From the NCBI GenBank assembly GCA_047967505.1, contig CM106538.1: 64,000 bases of DNA, one strand, 5' to 3'. The position numbers and the translations under genes were made by a program. The notes below the pieces were generated by a model. The model had not been told where the DNA came from. It searched no databases and saw only the letters and a list, made by a program, of their open reading frames with translations. The DNA comes from Dipteris shenzhenensis. Lineage: Eukaryota. This document shows, in pieces, positions 26,020 through 38,500 of the stretch (position 1 is the first letter of the stretch; each line of letters begins with the position of its first letter).

Positions 26020-26969
26020 GTACCGCCACCCTTTCCCAATCGATGTGGAGTCCTTCTCTCTCCTTCTCCTTAAACCATGCCCTGACTCCAATCATGAAGG
26101 CCCTTCTGTACTCTTCATTGTCTAGAGGGCTTCCAATTGTCGATTCCTGTGGATCCAAATTGAATTAGCTATATATGAATGACAAGACATTTGAAACTCA
26201 AATTCAATTTACTAAAACTATGAAAAGGGATCAATGTTTGCTTGGATGTAGCCAATCATGGAACTATTTTTGGGGCCATGACGCGATGCGCTCCTGGGTG
26301 AATATTTGAATTTTGCATGGACCCGCGCTCTCGTCGAAAATTTTCTCAATGTCATAAAGGTGCACTGGAGTAATAATGAGGCACAATCTATTAGTTTAGA
26401 ACACCGCGTAGCTCAACACACGGCATCTCTACATTACTTTGCATAGCGCAATCTTTGGCCTACACCACCTAATCATTTATCATCGCGTAGCCTTTTGTTG
26501 CAGAGCTTTGCCACCTGTCACTAGGCACTCACCCATGTAGAACATTAAAATTGAAGGTTGGCTTGGATCGACCACTACGTTGGTTATTGGTGTAATAATT
26601 AGATGCAATCTATCATTCTGAACACCACCAGTCATCGTGAAGCCTTTTGCCGCATCTTCGCCCGCAGCCCATGCAAGTCATAGGTTTGCTTAAACAAACC
26701 ATCGCACTAGTTTTTGGTGTAATAATGAGACACAATCTATCATTCTGAGCATTGTCTCAATGTAGTTTGATGACCTATCATCACCCAGAATTCAAGGTTG
26801 TCTTGGAGAGACCACCACACTGGCTCTTAGATTTATAGCTCTGTTACCTATTTTCACGTATTACAGGAGGAGGTCTATGATGAACAGTGTGCTAGCAAAT
26901 ACAAGGAGCTCTATGAAAGCCACCGCACTGGTCCTTTGATTTATAAATTTGTGTAACAAGGAAAATGTA

Positions 26970-27248
26970 TTCTGTTGTGCAACCAAGCAAAATGCAATTG
27001 ACGATATGGCCCTTGAGGGGTCCCCTCTAGGGGCAAGGGCCATATCGACATGCCATTTCTGTTGTGCAACCAAGCAAAATGCAATTGACGATATGGCCCT
27101 TGAGGGGTCCCCTCTAGGGGCAAGGGCCATATCGACATGCCATTTCTCTCTAGTGGCATCCTGGATATTGTGAGGATATTGTATAATGCACATCGATCCT
27201 TGCCCCTAGAGGGGACCGCTCAACGTCCATATTGTTAATTGCATTTTC
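26970..27248. repeat. Two identical 87-bp tandem units, each with a 14-bp perfect hairpin stem, plus a diverged inverted third copy
   Basis: CGATATGGCCCTTG..CAAGGGCCATATCG at 27002-27047 and 27089-27134; inverted partial copy at 27193-27248. Confidence 0.9.
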
Positions 27249-28287
27249 AAAAAGCTTAATTGCATTTCCAAATGCCACGTTATATATATATTATAAAGTT
27301 TGAGCCACCGTGGTGGCTGGAGCTCGGGGTTCCATCCAAATTAATTGCAGGCCACTGTGGTGGAATCCCCCAAATGGGTTGGTAATCATCAAGAAGATGC
27401 CATGTGGTGCCACTCTAGTGGCTGGTAATTAACTATGAGCCCGATGGAATCTTAGCCATGATAGAAGTGGCTGATGAGAGCCACCATCACCGGGTAATCC
27501 CCACAAATGTAAATCATTAAGCTCTAATCATGCACTCTAGTTCTCTACTGAGCTTATGAGCCTGGTGACTGGTAATTTTTACTACACTTGTAGTGATCAT
27601 GCATGCTTAAGCATCGTGGTGGGTGAGTAGTGGCATGGTGGAATCATAGTAGCCACGGCAGACATGGATGATGATAGCCACCACCACCATCGGGTAGTAA
27701 TTCCCATAAAAGTAAATCATGAAGCCAAATCACCTCTTATCCCTCATTACCATCCACTCTAGTAGCACTCGTAGTAATCATGCATAAAAGCCCGGTGGTG
27801 GTAATTGGAAGCTAAGTAATTGCGGGCCACTATGGTGGCTAGTAATTAACTACCGGCCTGGTGGGTCTTATCTGCCACCATAGATGTGGTTCGGAATCTT
27901 AGATGCCACCACCCCTAATCATTCATTACCATGCAAGTCAGTACTACAGCTGTGGCTCTCACCTTGATAGTAGTTGGGCTACAACCACCATAGTGGCTCT
28001 CACCTTGATAGTGAAGTCGGGCTACAAACTGCTATTCCATTCCCTTAACCGTTTTGGCTTCTATCCCTCTCGAACGTTTTGTTCTCCCTTGCAATCTCAA
28101 GCCTCCACTATTACATTTCCTTAATAGCTTCATCTTCTATCCCTCTTGACCATTTCTTTCTCCCTTGCAATCGGACTGCAAACTCAAGCCTCCACTATTC
28201 AATTTCCTTCACTGTTTCATCTTCTATCCCTCTTGACCATTTCTATCTCCCTTGCACTCTTCTTGCAACTTCTATCTCCTCTCGTAA

Positions 28288-29640
28288 TGGACCCTGCACA
28301 ATCCGGGAGCTCCTCACACAATCTTTCCTCCCCCTCTAAAGCATAGTACGAGAGCCCCTCCTCCCCTGATCTTGAAATCGTGACATATGGGAGCTCCTCT
28401 CTTGCTCTTCAGAAGACCAATTTGGATGCTCTCCAAAACTTCACCAGGTTGGTACAAGTGGTGAACATGAAGGAGGGGTAACTAGTCTGTCAAGGTTAGA
28501 AGCTTACCATCAATGAAATCGTGACTAAAAATGCTCTAGGAGTTTTTGGAGGCAAATTGTAAGCACACTTTTTCAAGAAGCAGTGGAAGAGACAGGATAT
28601 TCTAGATGTATCCCAATGCTCACATTAGTAAAGATGGTGGAGTCAAGATTTCGAGCTTGCCAACAGACCTCCAAGATGTGCTGAAGAAGACCATTCACTT
28701 ATTTCCTGATACAAGAGGAACCTGCAAGTTCTGGTAGGTTCAAGAAGTAGTAGAGCAATTGAAAGGATGTGCTATATCTTTCTCAAGGGCGATCTCCAAA
28801 AGCATGTTAACCAACCTGAAGAACTGTGTGGATGGTTAAACCCAATTGTCATCTTAGCCTACTGGAGTTGCAATGCAACTGATGGCATCTACCCTCAAAA
28901 GGATTTTTTAGCAATACAATAAGCAGAGAAAGCCACCGATGCAGCAAAGGCAGCGCAACTTGAGAAAAGTCTCAGGGAAGGTGCAGAAGCCAAGGTAGAG
29001 GAGGCACAAGTGAGGGCCTTGCAAGCATAAGAGCTCAGGGGGGTCACTCATCATATGTAACCCTATCACGTGAGTTCAACAGAAGGATATTTTTTATTCC
29101 TAAAATTTACAGAAATAAATATACATAAGGGACTATTTAAAATAGTTTTGGAAAAAATTTACAGATTTGTATAGAAAAGGGTTACATTTTATTAATGAAA
29201 AATTTTACAGATAAGGGATTTTAAATATAGGCCTTGAACGCACGTGATATAGAGGGTTTATACATAATGACTCCCCCAAGCATAAGAGCAACCCGAGGCC
29301 ACTACAAAATTGGTCAACATCGAAAGGCATAGAAGAGAAGAAGCACAGAAGCGCATGAAGGACCTCCAATATAGGCTTGAAGAAACGAGAAATGATGGAG
29401 ACATCGCAGACAAGGAGCTAGAAAAGATGTGAAAGGACCTTGAAGATCAGAGAGCTGAAAAGGAGGGTCCTTACAAATGGCTCTGCAACATGCAGAACAC
29501 ATTGAACATTGAAAAAGATCAGATGATGGAGGAGCTAAAAAGGGAGAATGTAGAAACCAGAAAGGTGATGCAAGAACTACGAGAGAGCTTCAAGGCCAGG
29601 AAGGATGGGGTAGAGATCAGCCAGGGTGGAGAAGACAAAA
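28288..29640 (+). pseudogene. Degenerate E/K/A-rich (coiled-coil-like) coding remnant of unknown TE origin, interrupted by MITE copy 3
   Basis: Codon-like E/K-rich stretches such as KDQMMEELKRENVETRKVMQELRESFKARK, with many stops and no diagnostic motif. Confidence 0.3.
29034..29280. mobile_element. MITE copy 3, TSD CATAAGAG
   Basis: Same family; 8-mer duplicated at 29026-29033 and 29281-29288. Confidence 0.93.
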
Positions 29641-29642
29641 TA

Positions 29643-31064
29643 TTCAGTTCACAAATAAATGGACAAAGTCAAAGATTGTTGTTATACTTGCCAATAAAAG
29701 ATCTTCGCTTAAGAGGCATGCACTAGCCGAGATTGCCAAGAGAGACGAAATTCAACACCAAGGGGCCAGCCCCACACCGCTCATAAGCATGAGTGGAAGA
29801 AAGCAATGAAGGCATCTAAGGCAGACCCTAGTTTGTAGCACGTGGAGGGACAAAGGATCCAAATGGAGCAATATGGAAACATGCATTTTGGAGAAGGGCA
29901 TGTTGAATCATGGCTCGGGGGGGTCACTCATCATATGTAACCCTATCACGTGAGTTCAACAGAAGGATATTTTTTGTTTCTAAAATTTATAGAAATAAAT
30001 ATACATAAGGGACTATTTAAAATAGTTTTGGAATTTACAGATTTGTATAGAAAAGGGGTACATTTTATTAATGAAAAATTTACAGATAAGGGATTTAAAA
30101 ATAGGCCTTGAACGCACATGGTATAGAGGGTTTATATATAGTGACCCCCCCAAAGAATCATGGGAGGCCCAATTTATAAGTATCGATCTTAAATTATATT
30201 GTGTTTATGTGGTTTATTAGGAGGTTGTTTCTTTGTACTAATTACATGGAGGCACTTCTATGATGAGGGGTTGATTACTAAGGAGTAGTATATATGGGCT
30301 ATTGGAGCCCTCCCCCAAGTATTTAAACGTACTTAAATAATGTCAATATTGTAAATAAGGATTTTTTTTTTTCATACATTGATACATGTTGTCCCTCATT
30401 TACAGGCCCCTAGGGATATTCAGGAGGAAGAAGGCCAGGATATTGAGGAGAAAGAAGGTGATGAAGAAGACAATGAAGAAGGGAGCGAGGATGCGACTGA
30501 CTTAGATTAGTCATAGAAGTAGTGCTAGCTACTCCTTTTGTACTTGAAGCAATTGTCTTGGCTTCGTGCCCCTCTTGTATATACACTCCTCTTACTTTTT
30601 GTACTTGAAGCCATAGTTGGCTTCGTGCTATATGTACATACAAGCACTTTTTGGGCTATGAATTAATATACACTCCTTTTATTTTTTTGGCTTTCAATTT
30701 CCTTGTGCAATGTTCTATCAATGAATGCCTTGTGAACTAAGCCTTTGGAGTTGTAATGTTTTATTCAGAATTGTAATCATCAACTATAGACGTGCTTGGA
30801 ATCGTGCTATTTAAAATGCAGTTGGCTGTAAGAATTGAATTGCACACTCTGGAAATGGGATTCTTGTAACCATACAGCATTCTGTTTAACCACACAAAAT
30901 TCTTCTTTTTTTTTTTAATTCTGCAGGGCATCTATAAGCATGTCTACGAATGCATCTTTCTACTTTTTTTAAATTTTTATAGAGCGTCTAATAGCGCATC
31001 TATATGCGCGTTTGTTAAAGAAATGTGTCTATGTGTGCATCTATGGATGCTCTATGTTGTTGTG
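29643..31064 (+). mobile_element. CACTA family A, copy 2 (3' part of ORF2 and terminus)
   Basis: 29643-29890 is homologous to 9757-10000. GCGTCTA/GCATCTA repeats lie at 30925-31050. The terminal 30 bp match 4260-4289 in inverted orientation at 25/30. Confidence 0.8.
29914..30155. mobile_element. MITE copy 4, TSD AATCATGG
   Basis: Same family; 8-mer duplicated at 29906-29913 and 30156-30163. Confidence 0.93.
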
Positions 31065-31592
31065 GAGGAAGAAATCCAACAAAGGCTCACGATTACATTA
31101 CGATGTTGCCTAACAAGAAGTGGAAATGCAACTTTTGTCATGAAGAGTACTCACTCCGGCACAAGAATGCAAAAGCACTTCTTGGGTGATAGCACCAAAC
31201 AGATTGAAAATGCAAGGGAATAGGAGTTGAGAGAGTTATAGTCACTCTAGGCGGCCAAATGCCTAAAAGTACGAACAACCAAGTAGATGATATAGTCACA
31301 TGTCACCAATCCTAGCCTCAAGAACGTATGTTTGATGATTTACTCACACCTCCAACTAGTCAATCTATAGATGTGCCACCTCAAAGTAGTCATGTGGCCT
31401 CGTTCACACAAACAGCAAGCTGCTCTATGAAGTATATGGATAATCGGCAATGTAGTGACATTTCTCATTCGCAATCGCGTGCGCATCCGCAACAAAGATC
31501 TTTAGAAGAGTCATTTAAACAACAACATATAGAGAAAGTGCAACAAGATTTTTTTGAGGCCATTTGTCACACCAGTTACCCACTAAGCATGG
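31065..31592 (+). pseudogene. hAT-like transposase N-terminal fragment (BED finger), cut by Copia 1
   Basis: Reads GRNPTKAHDYITMLPNKKWKCNFCH and later QQRSLEESFKQQ..FFEAICHTSYPLSMV, ending at the LTR start. Confidence 0.5.
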
Positions 31593-33840
31593 TGTTGAGA
31601 TATCGAGCTCCACTCGTGATATGCTAGGGTGGCCGTTGTGCATTTATGTCATCGACTTGTTAGCTGTAGATGCGGTTGGTACACCACCCATGAATAATAG
31701 CTAGATGACAGCTATCCTTATGTACTCTAGTTCGTGGCTCAGTTAGTATGCCACCTTAGTTAGCTAAGTTTGGTTTGAGACCCACATATAGGGTTCTTCT
31801 ATTTCTTTTGGCTTTCATAACTAAGAAGAGGAAAACTGTTTTCAGCCTCCACCTTTGTGTGTATTCCCCCATTGTGTATGTGAGAAAGCTGCAAGTGAGC
31901 CTCCTTCCTTCTCTCCCACTATCTTCACATGGTATCAGAGCCTGGTTCGTGGTAAGGAGCTCAAGAAAGCAAACCAAGTTCACGGTGTCTTGGTAAGAGG
32001 ACCAATGTTGCTTTCCTTTTTCGAGTTTGGGAGCAAATCTCTACAGGTAGCACAGCCGGAAAGTGCAAGAGTGCATTGTCTCAGATTGAGAAGCCCTTTG
32101 CATTGTGGCGAGAGGGCATTTCGGGGCCCATTTTGGAGGCGGAAGTCCCGCAAGCACTGAGAAAAAGGCCCTTTTTTTGCTATGCGACCATTGCTCTGCA
32201 AGTTGGTGAAAAGTTACCACAGAAATTGCATCGTATGCCTGTGCACAGAGATATTGGGAGTTGCAGAATCATCCTTATTTCCTGTTGATGCAAAATCGTC
32301 ACTACGAAGTGACTGTGTGGTCAAATACCACTTTCGTCAGTTTTCCAGATTTGCCCTTGTGAGGCAAAAGCTGTGTTTTTTGTAGTGACAGAATATTTTG
32401 CAGTGTTCTGTAATGGCGTCTGATTCTCTTTCGCAGATTGTCACTGAAAAGCTTGACAAGAACAACTTCCAGGCATGGAAGTTTAGAATGATGAATTTCC
32501 TTATGGGAAAAGGCTATTAGGAGTTCATTACAGGAAATGAAGAACCAATTCTTCCTAATGTTCTCAATTAATAGGAAATGCAGGCATTTAAAGGATGGCA
32601 TGAGAGAGCCAGAAAAGTTATGTACTGGCTGTCTATCAGCATTTCAGATTCTATGATTGTGCATATTCAGGATGCAAGTACGCCAAAGGAGGCATGGGAT
32701 ACCTTGGCAAAAATGTACAGCACAAATATGCAAGCCAGGAAAATGTAGCTCAAGCAGGAGTTGCACAATGTGCAAAGAGAAAATATGAGCATCAATGACT
32801 ACCACATGAGGGTGAAGAAAATTGCAGATGCACTTGCTTCCATTGGGTCGCCAGTGGAAGATGATGATTTAGTTTCTGTGACCTTGAATGGTCTAGGAAA
32901 GGATTATGCACAGTTCTGGACATCCGTTGCCGTCCGTGAAAAATTTCCTGATTTTGAGGAGTTGTTTGCTCTTCTAATTTCTGAAGAGCAGAGAAATGGT
33001 GGTGCATCTTCTTCAGGAGGAACTTCAAAAGAAATTGTCTTCTACTCAAATGCTAGAAGAGGTAGAGGCAGAGGTAGAGGAGGCCAATCTAGAGGCCGTG
33101 GTAGAAATCAAAATATGTAGCAAACTCAAGAAAACCAGTCCTATGGAGGAGGACATGGTAACTCTAGAGGCAGGGGGAGCCAAAGAGGTCGTGGTGGATG
33201 GCAGAGAGGCCAAAATGCAAACAGCAATGTTGAATGCTACTATTGTGGTAAAATGGGTCATATGGCTAAAGACTACTACAAAAAGCAGAATGACATTATG
33301 AATGGAAAATTGCAGCAAGGCAATTATGCATCCTCTAGTAGACAGGGTGATGACAAAAATGAGCATTTGTTTATGGTGCAGCACATGAGCAATTCCATGA
33401 CAAGTGTAGAAGAAAGCAATGATGTGTTGTATGTTGACTCAGGTGTATCAAATCACATGCCAGGTCATGCAGAATGGATGCAGGATGCAAGGAAAATGGA
33501 AAAACCAGGATTTGTGGAGACTGGTGATGATACTACACATCCTATTATGCAGATTGGTAAAATTCATTTGTCTATGCAGGATGGGAAAAAGAAATACTTG
33601 TCCGATGTATTTCATGTCCCAAATATCACCAAGAACCTGGTTTCTGTTGGTCAAATGGTTGAGCAGGGCTTGCAGGTCAGATTTAATCCTCATGGATGCT
33701 TTGTTGAGGATATGAAAAATAACAGTCACTTGATATCAAAAGGAAAGAAGAAGGGCAGGATGTTTACGTTGGATGCAGACATGCCTGAATTGAGTGCAGC
33801 AATGTTTGCACATGGGACCGATGTAGTTGCAGATATGATG
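31593..33840 (+). mobile_element. Ty1/Copia element 1: 5' LTR 31593-31929, PBS 31930-31941, decayed gag-protease from ATG 32413; truncated before integrase
   Basis: LTR bounded by TGTTGAGA..CTTCACA. PBS TGGTATCAGAGC (tRNA-iMet type). Motifs KLDKNNFQAWKFRM, TLNGLGKDY, CYYCGKMGHMAKD, YVDSGVSNHM and NLVSVGQM. Confidence 0.9.
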
Positions 33841-34110
33841 CAGCCATAGCAATGACTACTCTTACGGTTGCCATCCTTGCAACCGGACTGAATGTTTCTT
33901 CATAATCAATTCCATATGTCTGTGCATACCCCTTGACAACTAATCTTGCCTTGTATCTGTTCACAGAACCATCTGCATTGTGCTTCACCTTATAAACCCA
34001 CTTACAGCCAATTGCATTCTTGTCTTTAGGCAAAGGCACCAATTCCCATGTAGCATTTGCTTCCAAGGCATCCATTTCTTCATCCATGGCTTTCTCCCAT
34101 TTCACATCCT
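33840..34110 (-). pseudogene. Copia reverse transcriptase fragment in inverted orientation
   Basis: [68 protein letters not shown]. Confidence 0.92.
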
Positions 34111-34419
34111 ATTCATAGCACTCAATTCTTCTCGCACTCCTCTCGAGTCTTTGGAACCAACCAAGTGTGCCCAAATAGTAGCCCCCACATTCTTGAAGAT
34201 ATGCATGGGATCCAAGAGATGATTGATCTGTAACTGACCCTAATAATGAAGCTCGTGAAAGATCGATAGCCTCTTCATACCACAAGGAGGTTCCTCTCCG
34301 TTCACCCTTCAAGCTTGAATCCAATCACTTGCCTTCAAATATGGTGGTAGTGGATCAAGCTAACCTCCACGCGCGAGATGGTCTAGCAGAAGGTATCGAG
34401 CATGACCTTCATAAACATT
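34110..34419 (-). pseudogene. Inverted fragment of CACTA family B TNP2
   Basis: The reverse complement is nearly identical to about 21920-22225 (NVYEGHARYL..INHLLDPMHIFKN). Confidence 0.9.
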
Positions 34420-35547
34420 GATAGTATGTAGTTGACTTCTTATGCACAATCGTATGTGTGTTTATTAACTTCTTCATAAATTTGTTCATGAAATGAACCC
34501 CTTGATTAGAAACTCTCTATTGGACAACCAAACTTGGTTATGTTGTTGTGATAAATAAACTTAGTTGTGCTAGCCATCGATGTATTATCTCGCAAAGCAA
34601 ATGCCTCTACCCACTTCGTGTAGTAGTCAGTGGCTAACTACCAAAATATACTTATTGCCAGTATACCTAGTCAAAGTTTTGATTGGACCCATGAAATTGA
34701 GTCCCCATTTCTAGAATGGACCCAAAGGTAAGATAGGCTAATGTGGCATCTGATATGCATATGTTGGCTTGCCATCACTTTGACACAGTAAACAAGTTTT
34801 AGAAAATTGGTGAGCATCTTTCAACACTATAGACCACCACAAACCTGCTGCCTGAAGTATCTTTTTTCTAGTAAAATCACCAAAAAAGTGACCTCCTGAA
34901 TTTCCAGCATGTGCTTCCATCAAGATTGCTTTTCTTTCATGATCTGGCACACCTCTTCGAATAATCTGATCAATACCTCTTCCATACTCCAGCTATCACA
35001 AAATGGTCTACTCTGCAACAAAATTTTCTTTCTTTGATCTCTTGACAGTGACTGAGGTACCATCCCCTCCATCAAAAAAAGAAGCATTCTATCATACCAA
35101 TCCTACCCACCATCTAGGTTGACTGAAAACAAATGTGCATCAAGTAAATCATCCTGATTCCCAAAGGTGCTTCACCAATCATCAATTGGCTTAAATAATC
35201 TACAACAACATGCTGATTACTGGGTGTATCAACAATATCATAATCATGTTCTTGGAGGAGTAATATCCATCCAGCCATCCTTCCATTTGTTTACCAAATA
35301 AATGAGAGCTTGATGATCCACATGTAAGATCACTTTATTTCCCAACAAATAGTGTCTGAATTTTTTGAGAGCATAAACCATTCCCAATGCCTCCCTATGA
35401 GTAACATTATAACTCTACTCTACTCTTGCCAATCTTCTATTGGCATAATATATGGGTTGAAACTACCCTTTAACAAATTTATGCATTAACACTACATTGA
35501 TGGCCACATCTGAAGCATCGACAAAAATATGAAATGGTAACTTCAAG
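34420..35547 (-). pseudogene. Ty3/Gypsy RNase H-integrase fragment
   Basis: The minus strand reads PFHIFVDASD, EALGMVYALKKFRHYLLGNK, the HHCC region EAHAGNSGGHF..CLLCQ, PFxKWGLNF, DYYTKWVEA and FGCPIE. Confidence 0.85.
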
Positions 35548-35550
35548 CTA

Positions 35551-38500
35551 GGTGGGAAAGGGACCTGACTGATACTGTGTCTCCGGACCAAGTGGAGACC
35601 TAAAGGAGCGTGAGTGTGCTGACTCGTCTACATCTCCCGAGTCAGCACAACATGAGCCGCCCATCCTACTCTTCCTTCCCTTGCAAGAGGCATACGCAGG
35701 TGATGATCCCGCGGTCGAAGGGGCGCGAGGGGATGGCTGGGCAGTACGTCCACCCGTCAGTGTAGGGGAAGGAAATGTTGAGGTCCTCTGAGAGAGCAGA
35801 GAGAAGAATCTCGCTGCCTCCTCATCGCTCATCTACGCTACAAACTCGTCGGGACTCCCGACAAAGCCATGCGCGGCTAGCAAAGGAGTTCCCCGAGGGG
35901 TAATCGCAGTGCTATGTGGAAGAGGAGTCGGACCAGGGGTAGTCGTAGTGCTAGGTCCGAGAGGAGTCGGACCAAGGGTAGTCCTCAGGGTAGTCGCCTG
36001 AGAGGAATCAAAGTCCTCTGGAGCATATAGATCGTGAGCTCTCCTCTTGCGAGGCTGTCCGTACTCATAGGCAAGAAGAAAGAAGAGGGAAAGGAAAGAA
36101 GAGGGAAAGGAAAGAGGGAAAGAAGATGGAAAGGAAAGAAGAGGGAAAGGAAAGAGAAGAGGAAGAAAAGGGAAATAGAGAATAAGAGTTAGAGAGAATA
36201 AGCTCATGCTTATGCTTATGCGGCAATAGAGAATGAGAGAAGGGGGAAATAGAGAAGGGAAAAGAGATGAGGGGGAATGAGAGAAGCATAAGCATAAGCT
36301 TATGCGGGAATAGAGAATGCGCTTATGCGGAAATAGAGAATGAGAGAAGCATAAGCTCATGCTTATGCTTATGCTTCTCTCATTCTCTAGTATTTCTGCA
36401 TAAGCTCATGCATAAGCATAAGCTTATGCGGAAATAGAGAAATAAAGAAGGGGGAAACTTAAGCATAAGCTCATGCTCATGCATGAGCATGAGCTTATGC
36501 GAATGAGAGAAGGGGGAAAGAGATGAGAGGGAATGAGAGAAGCATAAGCATGAGCTTATGCGGAAATAGAGAATGAGCTTATGCGGAAATAGAGAAGGAG
36601 AGAAGGGGGAAATAGAGAAGGGGGAAATGAGAGAAGGGGGAAATAGAGAAGGGGGATAGAGATGAGGGGGAATGAGAGAAGCATAAGCATAAGCTTATGT
36701 GGAAATAGAGAATGAGCTTATGCGGAAATAGAGAATGAGAGAAGCATAAGCTCATGCTTATGCTTCTCTCATTCTCTATTTCCGCATAAGCTCATGCATA
36801 AGCATAAGCTTATGCGGAAATAGAGAAATAAAGAAGGGGGAAACTTAAGCATAAGCTCATGCTCATGCATGAGCATAAGCATGAGCTTATGCTTATGCTT
36901 ATGCTAGCATAAGCATAAGCTCATGCTTATGCTCATGCATGAGCATGAGCTTATGCGAATGAGAGAAGGGGGAACGAGATGAGGGGGAATGAGAGAAGCA
37001 TAAGCATGAGCTTATGCGGAAATAGAGAATGAGCTTATGCGGAAATAGAGAATGAGAGAAGCATAAGCTTCTCTCATTCTCTATTTCCGCATAAGCTCAT
37101 GCTTATGCATAAGCTTATGTTGAAATAGAGAAATAAAGAAAGGGGAAACTTAAGCATAATCTCATGCTCATGCATGAGCATAAGCATGAGCTTATGCTTA
37201 TGCTAGCATAAGCATAAGCATAAGCTCATGCTTATGCTCATGCATGAGCATGAGCTTATGTGAATGAGAGAAGGGGGAAATAGAGAAGGGGGAAAGAGAG
37301 AAGGGGGAATGAGAGAAGCATAAGCATAAGAGAATAAGAGGGAAAGGAAATAGAGAATAAGAGGGAAAGAAAAGAGAGAAGGGAAAAGAGATGAGGGGGA
37401 AATAGAGAAGGGGGAAAGAGAGAATAAGAGAAGAGGGAAAAAGAAGAAGGGGGAAAAAAGAGAATAAGTAAAGGGGGAAGAAGGAAGGAGTGGGAGGGGA
37501 AGAGAGGGTTCCTACGCCCATCACTGCAGTTAGCGCTTAAGGCACTAACTGCAGGCCAATGCAAATAACAAAAATAATAAATGCAAAAAAGAGGAAGCAC
37601 TTACCTGAAATAGTATGTCCCGCTCGGTGTAGTGGACTGGCCCTACAAAAGAGAGAAAACAACCCATTTTTTCAAATAAGATGTTAGTGGAAGGAGGAGA
37701 TTACAAAAGTAACTTCTTGAAGGGAGGAGATTGAGGAGACAAGGAGAAAGAGAAGGAAGAGAAATACAGAAAAAAGAGGTGAGTTTTCTTTCTTTCTTGA
37801 AATCTCGTTTTTTGTTTCAATCCTTTCAAAACAAGCATGAAAACTAGTTTACAGGTTTAGCAATACAAGAAGAAACACTCACAAAACTAAAGCTAACAAA
37901 CAAACAACCTACATTGTTGAAACAAACTCACCTCTTGAAGAACTTCCTTTCAAGAAACCAAAGAGGGAAAAGGATAGAGAGGGAGTACAAGAGGTAGGAG
38001 AAGGGTGAGGAGTGGAAAATAGAGTGGGAGGTTGCTTGGAATAGGTGGGAGGTCGTCGAAAATAGGTGGGAGGAGATATTGGCTTTCTTACTTGAGAGAT
38101 TAGGGAATAGTATGAACAAAACACCGCGCATTTAGCATTTTGGGTTTTAACTCACAGCGTCGCTATATAGCGACATTTTTAATTAAAATCATCGCTATAT
38201 AGCGACGGAACAGAGGAAAGCGTCGCTATATAGCGATGCTTACTGTCACTTTTTAGATGTGGCATCAAGAGAAGCTCAAACATGCTATTTTATAACTGTT
38301 AATATGTCCTCTTCATGCTTATGTTGTCATTTTATAAATGTAGATGGAAGGGATGAGTGGAAGCTCATCCGATGATGTGCCAACGCCCGGGAGCACGAAG
38401 TGGCTTATGGAGAGGTTATATTGTCATTGCACTCATTACGAGCGAGAAGTACAACATCAACATCGTATTATCATGTGCCACTTGCGGATGTATGGGGAGG

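Noticed and set aside
26861-27193. ORFs with a repeated 29-aa unit
   Set aside because: They are a by-product of the 87-bp DNA duplication and are open in several frames on both strands.
4260-31064. One 26.8-kb CACTA element bounded by the two CACAA termini
   Set aside because: The flanking triplets differ (TAA vs GAG) and the ORF2 segment occurs twice in diverged form (9757-10000 and 29643-29890), so two separate copies are more likely.
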